Assembly (NCBI GenBank): GCA_040220235.1
Contig: JAVJTO010000034.1
DNA from: Coleofasciculus sp. B1-GNL1-01
GTDB taxonomy: Bacteria > Cyanobacteriota > Cyanobacteriia > Cyanobacteriales > Coleofasciculaceae
Length of the DNA: 64,000 nucleotides
Direction: 5' to 3' (one strand)
Shown here: one piece after another, positions 21,944 to 31,886 of the stretch
How the letters are laid out: each line of letters begins with the position of its first letter
Position numbering within the stretch: the first letter of the stretch is position 1
Translations under genes and position numbers: made by a program
The notes under the pieces: generated by a model
Seen by the model: only the letters and a program-made list of their open reading frames with translations
Database searches by the model: none
What the model was told of the DNA's origin: nothing

Positions 21944-22237
21944 GAGTTCCCGAAGGGTAGAGTAACCCAACGCCAACGAGTTAGGGTGTTGGGTGTCGCT
22001 ATCGCTCTACCCAGCCTCCAAGAACTTTTGACTTCTCCCGCGACGATTCTAAGCAGTTGTTTCGTAGCGGGTTAAAACCGCGCTACATCCATGGCACGCT
22101 CTTTAAAGTAAAAGTGCTTTAAAGTCAAGCTGTTTGCACTAATAAGCCAAAATTACTAGGTGGCTTGCTGAAATAATTTCTTCATTAACTAAGTATTCCT
22201 AAGCAGGAGATTGTGACGAGGCTTAGGGATCACCTGA

Positions 22238-22269
22238 CTCATTCTTACGTAGATCTACGTAAGAATGAG
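22238..22269. repeat. Perfect 32-bp palindrome with no loop
   Basis: CTCATTCTTACGTAGA|TCTACGTAAGAATGAG. Confidence 0.95.
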
Positions 22270-22481
22270 GGATTTGATTAAGAACAGGTAAAAATCAGTG
22301 TGAACTAGACTGGCTATAGGTTGGTGCTATATGCCCTCGGCTGGTTACCGCAGAAGCTGCTTGAGATACGCCAGTCAAGCGTCCTGGCAACGCTGAATTT
22401 TGAGGTTACTAATTTTACACTGCTTTTTCCGAAAAACAGGTATTTATTTCATGAAGATTATGTAAAGATTTAGCAAACCTC

Positions 22482-22510
22482 TTGCCAGAAAAATAAAAAC
22501 AATATAAAGT
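22482..22510 (+). promoter_or_regulatory. Candidate sigma70-type promoter of the PEP-CTERM gene
   Basis: TTGCCA-17 bp-TAAAGT, preceded by 11-bp periodic direct repeats. Confidence 0.4.
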
Positions 22511-22739
22511 TGTCTATATCGGTGAAAAGTTAGTTTCTATCAAGAGAAAAGCGGCAGGCTATGATGTCAGGTTACTCCCTGACTCAAGCAATGCTGTTCA
22601 ATACCTGCTGAAGATTTACAGGTATTCAGGATTTCTTGTATAGCTGCCAGTTTTTGGGTTATTTTTTTTACTTACTGGCTCATACTAACTCAATCCGTAC
22701 ATCTGTGTCAAATTCTAATAGTACGAGGAAAATTTACGT

Positions 22740-23441
22740 ATGAACCGTCACACCACTTTGGCTGTCGCTTGTGCAGCTACCGCTACTGCTGTTATGGGAT
22801 GGGTGGCAACTCCAGCTCAAGCAATTACGTTAGGAGAGCTAGTCGATAGCGGCGATAATTTCATTGTTGGTGAAAAGAAATTTACGTTCGATACCTGTAA
22901 TATTGTTACGGGTGGTGCTGGACTTGCTACTCCTTTCACCTGTGATGATATTGAAGTCATATCAATCGTTGATGGAGATTTTACAGGTTTTCGGCTGCAA
23001 TCGATCTTCTCAGCTATTAACACATCTCTCATTGATGTGCTAGTCGAGTACACTCTCGAAGGCGTAGATCCTGGCAAATTGTTCTCTGGCGCTAAGTTGG
23101 CTTTCAACGGTGATGGCAATCCAGACGGAGGTTTTGTCACAGGTGTTACTGAGCAATTCACGGATATGTTTGACAATATCGTTGGGCAAATCAACGTAAC
23201 GAATCCTCCACCCGTATTTGTGGACGAAATAACGTTTGATTCGCCAGTGTCAAAACTATTTGTCAGCAAAGATATTGGATTAGCTGCCTTTGTGACACCG
23301 GCTCAAGCGAATATTTCATTCGTCGATCAAACATTCACCCATGAATCTGTTCCTGAACCCGGTACAGTCAGTGGACTACTTGCGATCGGTTCCTTAAGCA
23401 TTGGTGCAATAGTGCAGCGACGTCGTGCCAATAAAGCCTAA
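22740..23441 (+). CDS. PEP-CTERM sorting domain protein
   Basis: Signal peptide ending PAQA; C-terminal VPEP + TM + QRRR. Confidence 0.92.
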   Translation: MNRHTTLAVACAATATAVMGWVATPAQAITLGELVDSGDNFIVGEKKFTFDTCNIVTGGAGLATPFTCDDIEVISIVDGDFTGFRLQSIFSAINTSLIDVLVEYTLEGVDPGKLFSGAKLAFNGDGNPDGGFVTGVTEQFTDMFDNIVGQINVTNPPPVFVDEITFDSPVSKLFVSKDIGLAAFVTPAQANISFVDQTFTHESVPEPGTVSGLLAIGSLSIGAIVQRRRANKA

Positions 23442-23532
23442 TTTGATGCACTTGCTCACTCAACGCTAATCTCTTCCAAGATAAGCAGGCTCTTGGTGGT
23501 TAGAGCTAGTTTGATGTAAGTGTTGTTTCTAT

Positions 23533-23561
23533 TCTAGCCCCACTGCTCTAGTGGGGCTAGA
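23533..23561 (+). terminator. Stem-loop downstream of the PEP-CTERM gene
   Basis: TCTAGCCCCACT-GCTCT-AGTGGGGCTAGA; no clear U-tract. Confidence 0.45.
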
Positions 23562-23596
23562 TCATCATTGATAGTTTTATTAGCACATTTAAGCCT

Positions 23597-24523
23597 TTGA
23601 TGTTTTCCATTTTTATCCTCACCCACAACGAAGAACTGGATATTGCTGAAGCCATTGAGTCAGCACAACTATCCGATGATGTGATTGTCGTAGACTCCTA
23701 CAGCAGTGACGCCACCGTAAACATCACCAAACGCTATCCTGTCCGCCTGGTTCAGCATCCCTTTGAATCTCACGGTAAACAGCGCACTTGGATGTTGCGT
23801 CATATCCCGACTAAGTATGACTGGGTTTATATCCTGGAAGCTGATGAACGGATGACTCCCACCCTGTTTGCAGAGTGTTTGGCGGCGATTAAAAACTCAG
23901 AACACGTCGGTTATTACGTGGCGGAACAAGTTATGTTTATGAACCATTGGATTCGCCACAGTACCCAATATCCTCGCTATCAATTGCGCCTCTTAGACAA
24001 GCACAAAGTTTGGTTTACCGATTATGGTCATACGGAACGAGAAATTTGCCAGGGAACCACGGGGTTTCTGAGACAAACCTATCCCCATTTTACCTGTTCC
24101 AAAGGGTTCAGCCGCTGGATAGAAAAGCACAATCGTTACTCAACCGATGAAGCCAGAGAAACCCAGCATCAGTTAGAAAATCATACTGTCAATTGGCGAA
24201 ATATCTTCTGGGGACGCACGGAAGTTAAACGCCGTCGCGCTCTGAAAGATTTATCCTTACGTTTGCCTTTTCGTCCCTTGCTACGCTGGTTTTATATGTA
24301 TTTCTTTTTGGGGGGGATTTTAGATGGTAAAGCGGGATTTGCCTGGTGTACGTTGCAAGCATTTTATGAATATTTGATTGTACTAAAGGTTTGGGAATTG
24401 CAACAGAAACCGACACAATCGATCGCATTGGTACAGATGTCAGGCGTCAGCAACCTAGAGCGGGTAACGGTTACAGGGACTCAGAGATTACGGCGCGATC
24501 GCCCGCTGCATTTGAATAGTTAG
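23597..24523 (+). CDS. Glycosyltransferase family 2
   Basis: ILTHNEE, VVDSYSSD, LEADE, KHNRYS. Confidence 0.9.
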   Translation: MMFSIFILTHNEELDIAEAIESAQLSDDVIVVDSYSSDATVNITKRYPVRLVQHPFESHGKQRTWMLRHIPTKYDWVYILEADERMTPTLFAECLAAIKNSEHVGYYVAEQVMFMNHWIRHSTQYPRYQLRLLDKHKVWFTDYGHTEREICQGTTGFLRQTYPHFTCSKGFSRWIEKHNRYSTDEARETQHQLENHTVNWRNIFWGRTEVKRRRALKDLSLRLPFRPLLRWFYMYFFLGGILDGKAGFAWCTLQAFYEYLIVLKVWELQQKPTQSIALVQMSGVSNLERVTVTGTQRLRRDRPLHLNS

Positions 24524-24526
24524 GCT

Positions 24527-25039
24527 TCACGCTTTCTTGAGAAATGGAACTAAGTGCATCATGTAATCCCGTTTGCCAATGGGTACACCAGCCATGCGAA
24601 GAATGTCGTAAGCCGTAACCAGATGGAAATAGAAGTTTGGAATTAAAAAGTCGTTCACGTAGGCGCGACCAGACATTTCTATATAAAGACCCTGGTCGAG
24701 ATCAATGCGCGTCAACTCACTTAGCTTTTCATCTTCGACGTTAACGCCCGAAAGAAGTCCCTTGGTATTCGTTATATGTTCGTATGCTTGTGCAAGAAAT
24801 GTGACGTCTGGATCTAGATTATCCATCGGTTTGCCGTTACACCATAAAGCAAAGTTTCGTGGTTGATTGCAGGTGAAAGCAACCTGTGTACCGAAGGGAA
24901 GCATATCAGTCGCAATACGCTTCTGAAGAAACGACTCACTATCACTGAAATGAGTCTGAGCTGACTTGAGGAGGTGTTCGAGAGTCGTGAGACGGCTTTG
25001 GAAGATAGTTTTAATTGAATCTATATTTTGACTTGGCAT
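24527..25039 (-). CDS. DUF1993 family protein
   Basis: DMLPFGTQV, PNFYFHLVTAYDILR..GVPIGKRDY. Confidence 0.88.
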   Translation of the reverse strand: MPSQNIDSIKTIFQSRLTTLEHLLKSAQTHFSDSESFLQKRIATDMLPFGTQVAFTCNQPRNFALWCNGKPMDNLDPDVTFLAQAYEHITNTKGLLSGVNVEDEKLSELTRIDLDQGLYIEMSGRAYVNDFLIPNFYFHLVTAYDILRMAGVPIGKRDYMMHLVPFLKKA

Positions 25040-25303
25040 TTTGCGATCTCTTAAGACTTATTTCATGTAGTCTAAGTGTATACGGAAAACCCAAAAATGC
25101 ATACCTATCATGACACCATCCACAATAAAACGGGGAATAAAGTTGTGTAATATGCGGCGATTCTTTACCCTGGTTCCTACAAGTCATATTCTGGAGGAGA
25201 AATTGAGGCGCTTCCAGCCTATCCTGGAAATGAGGCTAAACTACAGCAGCACCTATATCCTGTTTTAGAGAACGCCCTCACGGTTGTGTAATCGCCTAAA
25301 CTG

Positions 25304-26824
25304 ATGAATCTAGATGTCATTGTTATTGGTAGCGGAATTGGTGGATTGACGGCGGGTGCTTTACTCGCCCGTTATGGGAAACGGGTGCTAGTTTGTGAAA
25401 GCCATGCTATTCCCGGCGGTGCGGCGCATAGTTTCCACAGACAGGGGTTTGAGTTTGATTCGGGTCCTTCGTTTTATTGTGGATTAAGTCAGCAACGCCC
25501 CAGTTTAAATCCATTACGGCAAGTTTTGGATGTCCTGGGCGAGTCGTTACAAACCGTTCCTTATGACCCCCTCGGACATTACCATTTTCCCGAAGCCACG
25601 TTACCTGTGTACAGTGACACCCAACGGTATCGAGAAGCCGTGGCGGAGATTACACCTCAAGGGGCGCAGGAATTAGCCCAATTTGAAAAACGCCTACTTT
25701 CTCTCTATGAAGGGTTGCGAGAGATTCCGACAATTGCATTACGATCCGATTGGCAGGTGATTCCAGTTTTAGTGGGACGTTATTTACCCTCACTCTTAAA
25801 ATTACTGCCCCATCTGGGACTTGTCCAGAATTCTGTGGGTAAAGTCATGGATGAAACCGTGCGTGATCCCTGGGTGCGGCGGCTGATTGATGTGGAATGC
25901 TTTCTGTTATCGGGATTAAAAGCACAGGGAACGATCGCGCCTGAGGTAGCCTTTATGTTAGGGGAACGTTCTCGTGCGGGTGTGGAGTATCCTGTAGGGG
26001 GAAGTCGGGCGATTGTGGAGGCGTTGGTGCGCGGGTTAGAACGCTGGGGGGGTGAGTTGCGCCTAAATGCCCATGTTGACCAAATTGTAGTCGAAAATGG
26101 GAAAGCGGTTGGGGTACGATTGCAACGGGGAGAGGTGGTAAACGCGCCAGTGGTGATTTCTAATGCCACAATTTGGGATACCTACAGCCAATTATTGCGC
26201 CCAGAAGATTTACCGACAGCGTACCGGAAACAGTCCCTAGAAACCCCAGCCGTCGAGAGTTTTATGCACCTACATTTAGGGATTCGGGCGGAGGGATTAG
26301 AAGGGTTGACAGGACATCATGTTGTGGTTCACGATGCTAATCGGGATATTACCGAACCCGGTAATACTTGCATGATTTCCATTCCTTCAGTGTGGGATGC
26401 TAATCTCGCCCCAACGGATCATCATGTAATTCATGCCTATACCTTAGAACCCTACAATGGTTGGCAGCGTGATGATAACTATAAGGAGAAGAAAAAAGCG
26501 CGATCGCAATCTTTATTCCGGGCGCTAGAACGGGTGATTCCAGATATTCGAGAACGGATTACCTTAGAACTGATTGGAACACCGTTAACCCATTCCTATT
26601 ATTTACGTCGCTATCAAGGCACTTATGGTCCCGCGATCGCGGCGGGTAAAGCTATGTTTCCCAGTTGTCACACACCGATTCCAGGATTGTATCGGGTGGG
26701 GGATAGTACAATGCCAGGAATTGGGGTTCCGGCTGTGGCGGGTTCGGGTATTCTTTGCGCGAATACCTTGGTGACACCCTCACAAACCGCCGAGATATTG
26801 GCATGTCTGGATAAGCAAGGGTAA
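25304..26824 (+). CDS. Phytoene desaturase / carotenoid isomerase (CrtH-like) FAD oxidoreductase
   Basis: VIGSGIGGL, FDSGPS, GDSTMPGIGVPAVAGSG. Confidence 0.88.
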   Translation: MNLDVIVIGSGIGGLTAGALLARYGKRVLVCESHAIPGGAAHSFHRQGFEFDSGPSFYCGLSQQRPSLNPLRQVLDVLGESLQTVPYDPLGHYHFPEATLPVYSDTQRYREAVAEITPQGAQELAQFEKRLLSLYEGLREIPTIALRSDWQVIPVLVGRYLPSLLKLLPHLGLVQNSVGKVMDETVRDPWVRRLIDVECFLLSGLKAQGTIAPEVAFMLGERSRAGVEYPVGGSRAIVEALVRGLERWGGELRLNAHVDQIVVENGKAVGVRLQRGEVVNAPVVISNATIWDTYSQLLRPEDLPTAYRKQSLETPAVESFMHLHLGIRAEGLEGLTGHHVVVHDANRDITEPGNTCMISIPSVWDANLAPTDHHVIHAYTLEPYNGWQRDDNYKEKKKARSQSLFRALERVIPDIRERITLELIGTPLTHSYYLRRYQGTYGPAIAAGKAMFPSCHTPIPGLYRVGDSTMPGIGVPAVAGSGILCANTLVTPSQTAEILACLDKQG

Positions 26825-26856
26825 TCGTGCGATCGCTCAATTGATCAACAGTATTC

Positions 26857-26968
26857 TAAGTAGGTTGGTGGAAATAAACTCAACCTTATGAAGTTATGTA
26901 AACAACCCTCAAACCCTTACAAAGGACGAATGACGATCACCACCGTTAACTTTAACTGTCCCTACCTA
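26857..26968. mobile_element. MITE-like dispersed repeat (relatives at ~3108-3198 and ~50371-50460)
   Basis: TAAGTAGGT...ACCTA ends; shared ATGACGATC(T/A)CYACCKTTAACTTT core in three copies. Confidence 0.65.
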
Positions 26969-28240
26969 TAGTAAATGACCTGATGAGATCAAAAACCCAA
27001 TCAGGAATCCTAAAATTGTGGAGAAAACCACGGAACTGCCTCCCAGTTCATAAGCTTCCGGCATCATTGTACTCGCAACCATGGCTAAGATTGCGCCACC
27101 AGAAATAGCCTGTGCGATCGCGACAACGACCTCAGATGTATTATTTTGTAAAAAATAACCCGCAATGGCACATAAACCACTGAGAATCACAACACCTATC
27201 CATAATCCTAAAATCTGACTCGTTTTCGTTCCCGCTTGTTTCATTCCCGTGGCGCTGGATAAAGCTTCTGGAAAATTAGAAATAAATACCGCCAATAAAA
27301 AAGACCAGCCCAAATCGCTATTGCCGGAATTCATGCCAATCACCGCCGCTTCTGGGATATTATCAATTAATGTACCCACCAGAATAGCAAACGGTGTAGA
27401 CTGTTTCACCAAATTTTCTAAGGTAACTTGATCGTCCCGGAGTAACAGATCCAGGTCAACTTGATTCATAACTTGCTGTCGCCACCGATCTAAACGATGT
27501 TCCACAACCATGCGTGATTCCGTCGCGACTTGCAGTCGTCGGGCTAAGGCGCGACTCAGTGACCAAGCCAGATGGGGCGACCAGGTTAGCATGGTGTTGA
27601 AATGTTCCTGGTGTAACTGATACAATTCCATTTGGGTGCGAGCCACCACGGTGGCAGATCGCGGTTCTCCAGTCAGGAGTGCCATCTCACCAAACACTTC
27701 TCCAGGTCCCATCGTACCAAGGAGTTTTCGACCCTTTCGTACTTCGGCTTCACCGTCAACAATCATATAGAAATAGTCACCAGGGGTTCCGTCTTCACAG
27801 AGTACGTCTCCAGGGTTGGCGTGAATTGGATTGAGAAACAGGGCAACTCTCTGCCGTTCCTTGGGAGGTAGGTTTTGGATCACCTCAATATGGGCGATGC
27901 GATTAAGGATATCCGTCACCTGATCAGCACCATGTTCAACCAGGTAGCGGCGACTGGATGCTGGTTTACGCAAGAATCCGCCATGTTGGTCGATATAGGA
28001 TGTCAGTCCGGTAAATAATATCCCTCCTGCCATAAACCCAATTAACAGGGGGACAAAGCCACTGTGACGATAGACCGGAATCGTGATTTCAAACGCGATC
28101 GCAGACAGTAGTGTACCACTGCCAAATGCCATAATCGTCGCGGATAAGTGGCGACTCGGTTGCCAAAAGACTCCCACTGATGCGCCCAAGGCTAAACTAG
28201 ACGCGCCCAGAATTCCTTGCAAAAAGGCTGCCGTTGGCAT
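26966..28240 (-). CDS. ZIP-family metal transporter with an inserted cyclic-nucleotide-binding domain
   Basis: MAFGSGTLLSA, IDNIPEA, ISNFPEA, MMPEAY (ZIP); GEVFGEMALLTGEPRSATV (cNMP). Confidence 0.88.
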   Translation of the reverse strand: MPTAAFLQGILGASSLALGASVGVFWQPSRHLSATIMAFGSGTLLSAIAFEITIPVYRHSGFVPLLIGFMAGGILFTGLTSYIDQHGGFLRKPASSRRYLVEHGADQVTDILNRIAHIEVIQNLPPKERQRVALFLNPIHANPGDVLCEDGTPGDYFYMIVDGEAEVRKGRKLLGTMGPGEVFGEMALLTGEPRSATVVARTQMELYQLHQEHFNTMLTWSPHLAWSLSRALARRLQVATESRMVVEHRLDRWRQQVMNQVDLDLLLRDDQVTLENLVKQSTPFAILVGTLIDNIPEAAVIGMNSGNSDLGWSFLLAVFISNFPEALSSATGMKQAGTKTSQILGLWIGVVILSGLCAIAGYFLQNNTSEVVVAIAQAISGGAILAMVASTMMPEAYELGGSSVVFSTILGFLIGFLISSGHLL

Positions 28241-28373
28241 AGGTGGCTTACGTTTTTAGGTCAGTTTTCATCCTATCGGAGAAAGGGCATAAAAGAATGT
28301 GGGATTGTCTACAAACGTTAAACTGAGGACAGGGGTATAACCAATTGATTTCTCTTTCAGGCATCAGATAACA

Positions 28374-28949
28374 ATGATTGAACTCCTAGCCGTACTGTCA
28401 GTAGCAGCAGCCGTAGGAATGAGGATTGCTTTGCCGTTGTTGGTGATTGGCTTGTTGCAAAGCGATAACCTCTGGAATGAAATTCCCCTGCTGTCTCGCA
28501 TTCAGCCGTCGGTTTTAGTCGGTATTTTGACCACCTTCTCGTTATTTGAATTATTTGCCTCAAAGAAGTTGCTGGGACAGCGAGTCTTGCAAATTATCCA
28601 ACTCTTGTTTAGTCCTGGGGTTGGCGCAATTATGGGTATTGCTGTCGCCCAGTTTGCCAACGCCCCTGTAGAAATTATTTGGATTGCTGGGATAGTTAGT
28701 GGATTATTGGCTTTTGTCCTGCAATTGGTACAAGTTGGCTGGTTTTTTCGCTTACGCGGTTTACCCTTATGGGTGGTTTTTTGTCAAGATGTTTTATGTG
28801 TGGCGTTGGTTATCTTTGCCTTTGATGCGCCTCAACAAGGTGGATTAATTGCGCTGATTCTGTTGTGGTTAGCGATTCGCAGTTCTCAACAATGGCATCG
28901 TTTATATGGTAGAAATAATCGTTCGCGGCGATATCGGCAAGTTTTATAA
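28374..28949 (+). CDS. DUF4126-like membrane protein
   Basis: AVGMRIALPLL start; multiple TM helices. Confidence 0.7.
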   Translation: MIELLAVLSVAAAVGMRIALPLLVIGLLQSDNLWNEIPLLSRIQPSVLVGILTTFSLFELFASKKLLGQRVLQIIQLLFSPGVGAIMGIAVAQFANAPVEIIWIAGIVSGLLAFVLQLVQVGWFFRLRGLPLWVVFCQDVLCVALVIFAFDAPQQGGLIALILLWLAIRSSQQWHRLYGRNNRSRRYRQVL

Positions 28950-29005
28950 GTAAGTTGTCATGAGTCATTTGCTCTTTGTCACAGGATAACTTATCACGCT
29001 TTATT

Positions 29006-29172
29006 CCCGCATTTCTCACAAGTTTTGCCATCTTAGTCCTTGAAACCTTTACAAGTGAGGATGTTTCGAGCATTTTTGACCGAACCTAAATTTCGACAGA
29101 GTGTTGAAAGCCTTATTGTACCGTAAATCCAGGTTGTATAAGTCTTTGGACAATTGTGGTGAGAAATCCGGG
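29006..29172. mobile_element. ~167-bp MITE-like element
   Basis: Terminal inverted repeats CCCGCATTTCTCAC / GTGAGAAATCCGGG. Confidence 0.65.
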
Positions 29173-29214
29173 TAAAGTCATTGGGGAAATTGAATTAGAA
29201 TTACGCCCGGAAAT

Positions 29215-29284
29215 GTAGGGGCGCACAGACGTGCGCCCGATTCAATGGTCAAATCTATTCCACCATTTTAGCTGTGCCACGCCA
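29215..29284. repeat. ~70-bp dispersed REP-containing repeat (inverted copy at 63838-63907)
   Basis: Reverse complement TGGCGTGGCACAGCTAAAATGGTGGAATAGATTT...GGGCGCACGTCTGTGCGCCCCTAC closely matches 63838-63907. Confidence 0.85.
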
Positions 29285-29301
29285 TTAGGAATGACATACC
29301 G

Positions 29302-30858
29302 CTACAACTTAGCCACCGCACCATCTCGACGATTGTCGCCAGCACCGACAAGTAAACTATCAGACGTTTTCATCACCGTATGAACTCCGCCAAAAAACAA
29401 ATTCTTTTCGCGCCAACGCACAACCTGTTGGTTTGTCAATAATGGATTAAGTATTTCCGCTTCAGTTAAACCGGGTTCGACATGAAACCGACCATTTTCT
29501 CCATGGGTTCTCGGACTATTCACCGCTTGCTCAACCGTCATCTTAAAATCTAAAATATTAGAAATAACTTGTAAAATAGCTGTCCTAATCCGATTAGAAC
29601 CCCCTGACCCTAAAACAACTTCCGCCTGATTATTTTGCAAAACAATCGAGGGAGACATCATCGACGAAATCCGCACATCTTCCTGCCACTGATGAAAGCC
29701 TTGGGGATTTAAGTCTTCCTCTCCTAACATATTATTCACCATAATCCCTGTACCCGGAATCACATAACCCGACCCTTCCCCGTTAGACGTGGTAACACTG
29801 GCAGCATTTCCCGCCTCATCGATAACACTAATATGGGTGGTACTGCCCCATTTATTTACCGTTTCTGCTAAGTCTTGTTGATACTGGGCAATAGAATCAT
29901 CAGCTAAAAATTGCTCAACAATATTCTCTTGATACAAATAATCATTCAATCCCTTCTGTCTGGCTGTATTTGTCAACTGCATAACCTGTGCCAAAATTTC
30001 TAAATGACGCGCACTGCCAAAGCCCAGATTCGCTAACTCAACGGTAGATAATAATTTTAATGCCCAAGCTATCAATGTTCCACCGGAACTGGGAGGCGGG
30101 TTGGTGAATAATGTATTGCCTCGATAATTAACCGTTAAAGGTTGCCGTTCGATGACCCGATAATGCTTTAAATCTTCTAAGGTTAAATATCCCCCGAATT
30201 CCTGGCAATCGCTGACTAATTGATGAGCAATATCTCCTTGATAAAATTCCCGAACTCCCTTTTTCGCTAAATACGCTAACGTATCGGCAAAAACGGACAT
30301 AGTTATCGTTACATCGGGTTCGATAGGTTTCCCGGTGAGAATAAAAACATTTTGTCCGTTTTGATGCGCCATAACAATTGGCGTCAGAACCGAGGTTAAA
30401 CAATAGTATTGAAACCGATTTAATTTAACCCCATGTTTGGCATAGTGAATTGCTGGTTCGGCTATAACGTGGAAGGGTAAACTACCTAATCGTTGGTGAA
30501 CGTGAAACACGCCAGCCATATTTCCGGGAACCGCCATAGAACCCAGTCCGATATGAAACTCTTGGATAGCACCACCAAAATTAACATCAACGGGATAAAA
30601 ATTAATTTCATTCTCAGGACGTTTTTGACGTGGAGTTTGGCTAAAAAAATCAAAGAGAATATTTTGATTCGTTTGGGTATGGGCTAAGAGGAAACCGCCT
30701 CCCGCTGCTGAGGTGAGTCCCGGTTCCGTGACAAAGGAGGCGAGAATCGCCGCAACCGCCGCATCAAACGCATTACCACCCAGGCGAAACATTTCCCTAC
30801 CCGCCTCAGCCGTTTTCTCATGTCCAGCCGCGATCGCGCCGCGTGTTTTTTGTGTCAT
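29302..30858 (-). CDS. ggt: Gamma-glutamyltransferase
   Basis: GGNAFDAAVA, TTHISVID, NNMLG, SSMMSP, GSGGSNRI. Confidence 0.92.
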   Translation of the reverse strand: MTQKTRGAIAAGHEKTAEAGREMFRLGGNAFDAAVAAILASFVTEPGLTSAAGGGFLLAHTQTNQNILFDFFSQTPRQKRPENEINFYPVDVNFGGAIQEFHIGLGSMAVPGNMAGVFHVHQRLGSLPFHVIAEPAIHYAKHGVKLNRFQYYCLTSVLTPIVMAHQNGQNVFILTGKPIEPDVTITMSVFADTLAYLAKKGVREFYQGDIAHQLVSDCQEFGGYLTLEDLKHYRVIERQPLTVNYRGNTLFTNPPPSSGGTLIAWALKLLSTVELANLGFGSARHLEILAQVMQLTNTARQKGLNDYLYQENIVEQFLADDSIAQYQQDLAETVNKWGSTTHISVIDEAGNAASVTTSNGEGSGYVIPGTGIMVNNMLGEEDLNPQGFHQWQEDVRISSMMSPSIVLQNNQAEVVLGSGGSNRIRTAILQVISNILDFKMTVEQAVNSPRTHGENGRFHVEPGLTEAEILNPLLTNQQVVRWREKNLFFGGVHTVMKTSDSLLVGAGDNRRDGAVAKL

Positions 30859-31193
30859 AACGGTTAATATCTAGTCCGAATAACCACCAGAAGCTTTTGA
30901 GTTATAGCAGTTATTCACATCATCATAACTAGCATCAGGATCAGCATACGGTTGTGACAGTTACCAAATTGTCTCGTTTTTCAGCCATCAGAGTGAGGGT
31001 TCGCGGCGCGATGTATAGGACACTGTTATCCCTTAACTACTTATCCCACAATGATTTATACAGTCTATCTCAGATGAGGAATTGATGCAGTAACTCTTGA
31101 CAATTAATAAAAGTGGCACAGTTCTTATGCGGTGAATTCCATTCAAACGTTTAGCGTTGAATACAACATAAACTTAGCGCCACAAATGGTTAA

Positions 31194-31886
31194 ATGCTAA
31201 CTACTCATCCCCGTAAAAAAGCACTTTTGGCGTTGCTACTGCTTGTATCTGCTGCCAGCCTAGGGACAACCATGGCATTATATATTGCACCAGGTTCTCT
31301 AGGACAGATGATATTTTCCCTGTGCAAAGTCTGGTTATTGGCACTCCCCCTAGTTTGGTTTATTTTGGTGGATCATGGCAAATTTAGACTATGCCTACCG
31401 AAAAAACATGAATTGTTAGCAGGTACAGTATTAGGACTGTTGATGCTTGGGATTATTCTCAGTGCCTATTGGCTGTTAGGTCAACAGTGGATTGATGTGA
31501 TGGATGTCCGGACTAAGGCAAAGCAAGCAGGTATTACTAGCCCAAAGATTTATCTGAGTGGCGCGTTGTATTTTACCTTTATTAATGCGCTAATCGAAGA
31601 GTATATCTGGCGTTGGTTTGTGTATAAAAAATGTGAGGTATTGGTATCTGGGACAAAAGCCGTATTCTTGGCGGCGATGCTATTCACTCTCCATCACATT
31701 ATTGCCTTAGCCGCTTACACTGCTGATTGGGGCGTTGTCCTATTAGGTTCCTTGGGCGTATTCATCGCTGGGGCAGTATGGTCATGGTGTTATCTCACCT
31801 ATCGTACCTTATGGTCAAGTTACATCAGCCACATTTTTGCCGATTTAGCGATCGCAATTGTGGGTTGGCATCTGCTATTTGGGTAG
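31194..31886 (+). CDS. CPBP (Abi/CAAX protease-like) intramembrane protein
   Basis: IEEYIWR, FTLHH, SHIFAD. Confidence 0.88.
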   Translation: MLTTHPRKKALLALLLLVSAASLGTTMALYIAPGSLGQMIFSLCKVWLLALPLVWFILVDHGKFRLCLPKKHELLAGTVLGLLMLGIILSAYWLLGQQWIDVMDVRTKAKQAGITSPKIYLSGALYFTFINALIEEYIWRWFVYKKCEVLVSGTKAVFLAAMLFTLHHIIALAAYTADWGVVLLGSLGVFIAGAVWSWCYLTYRTLWSSYISHIFADLAIAIVGWHLLFG

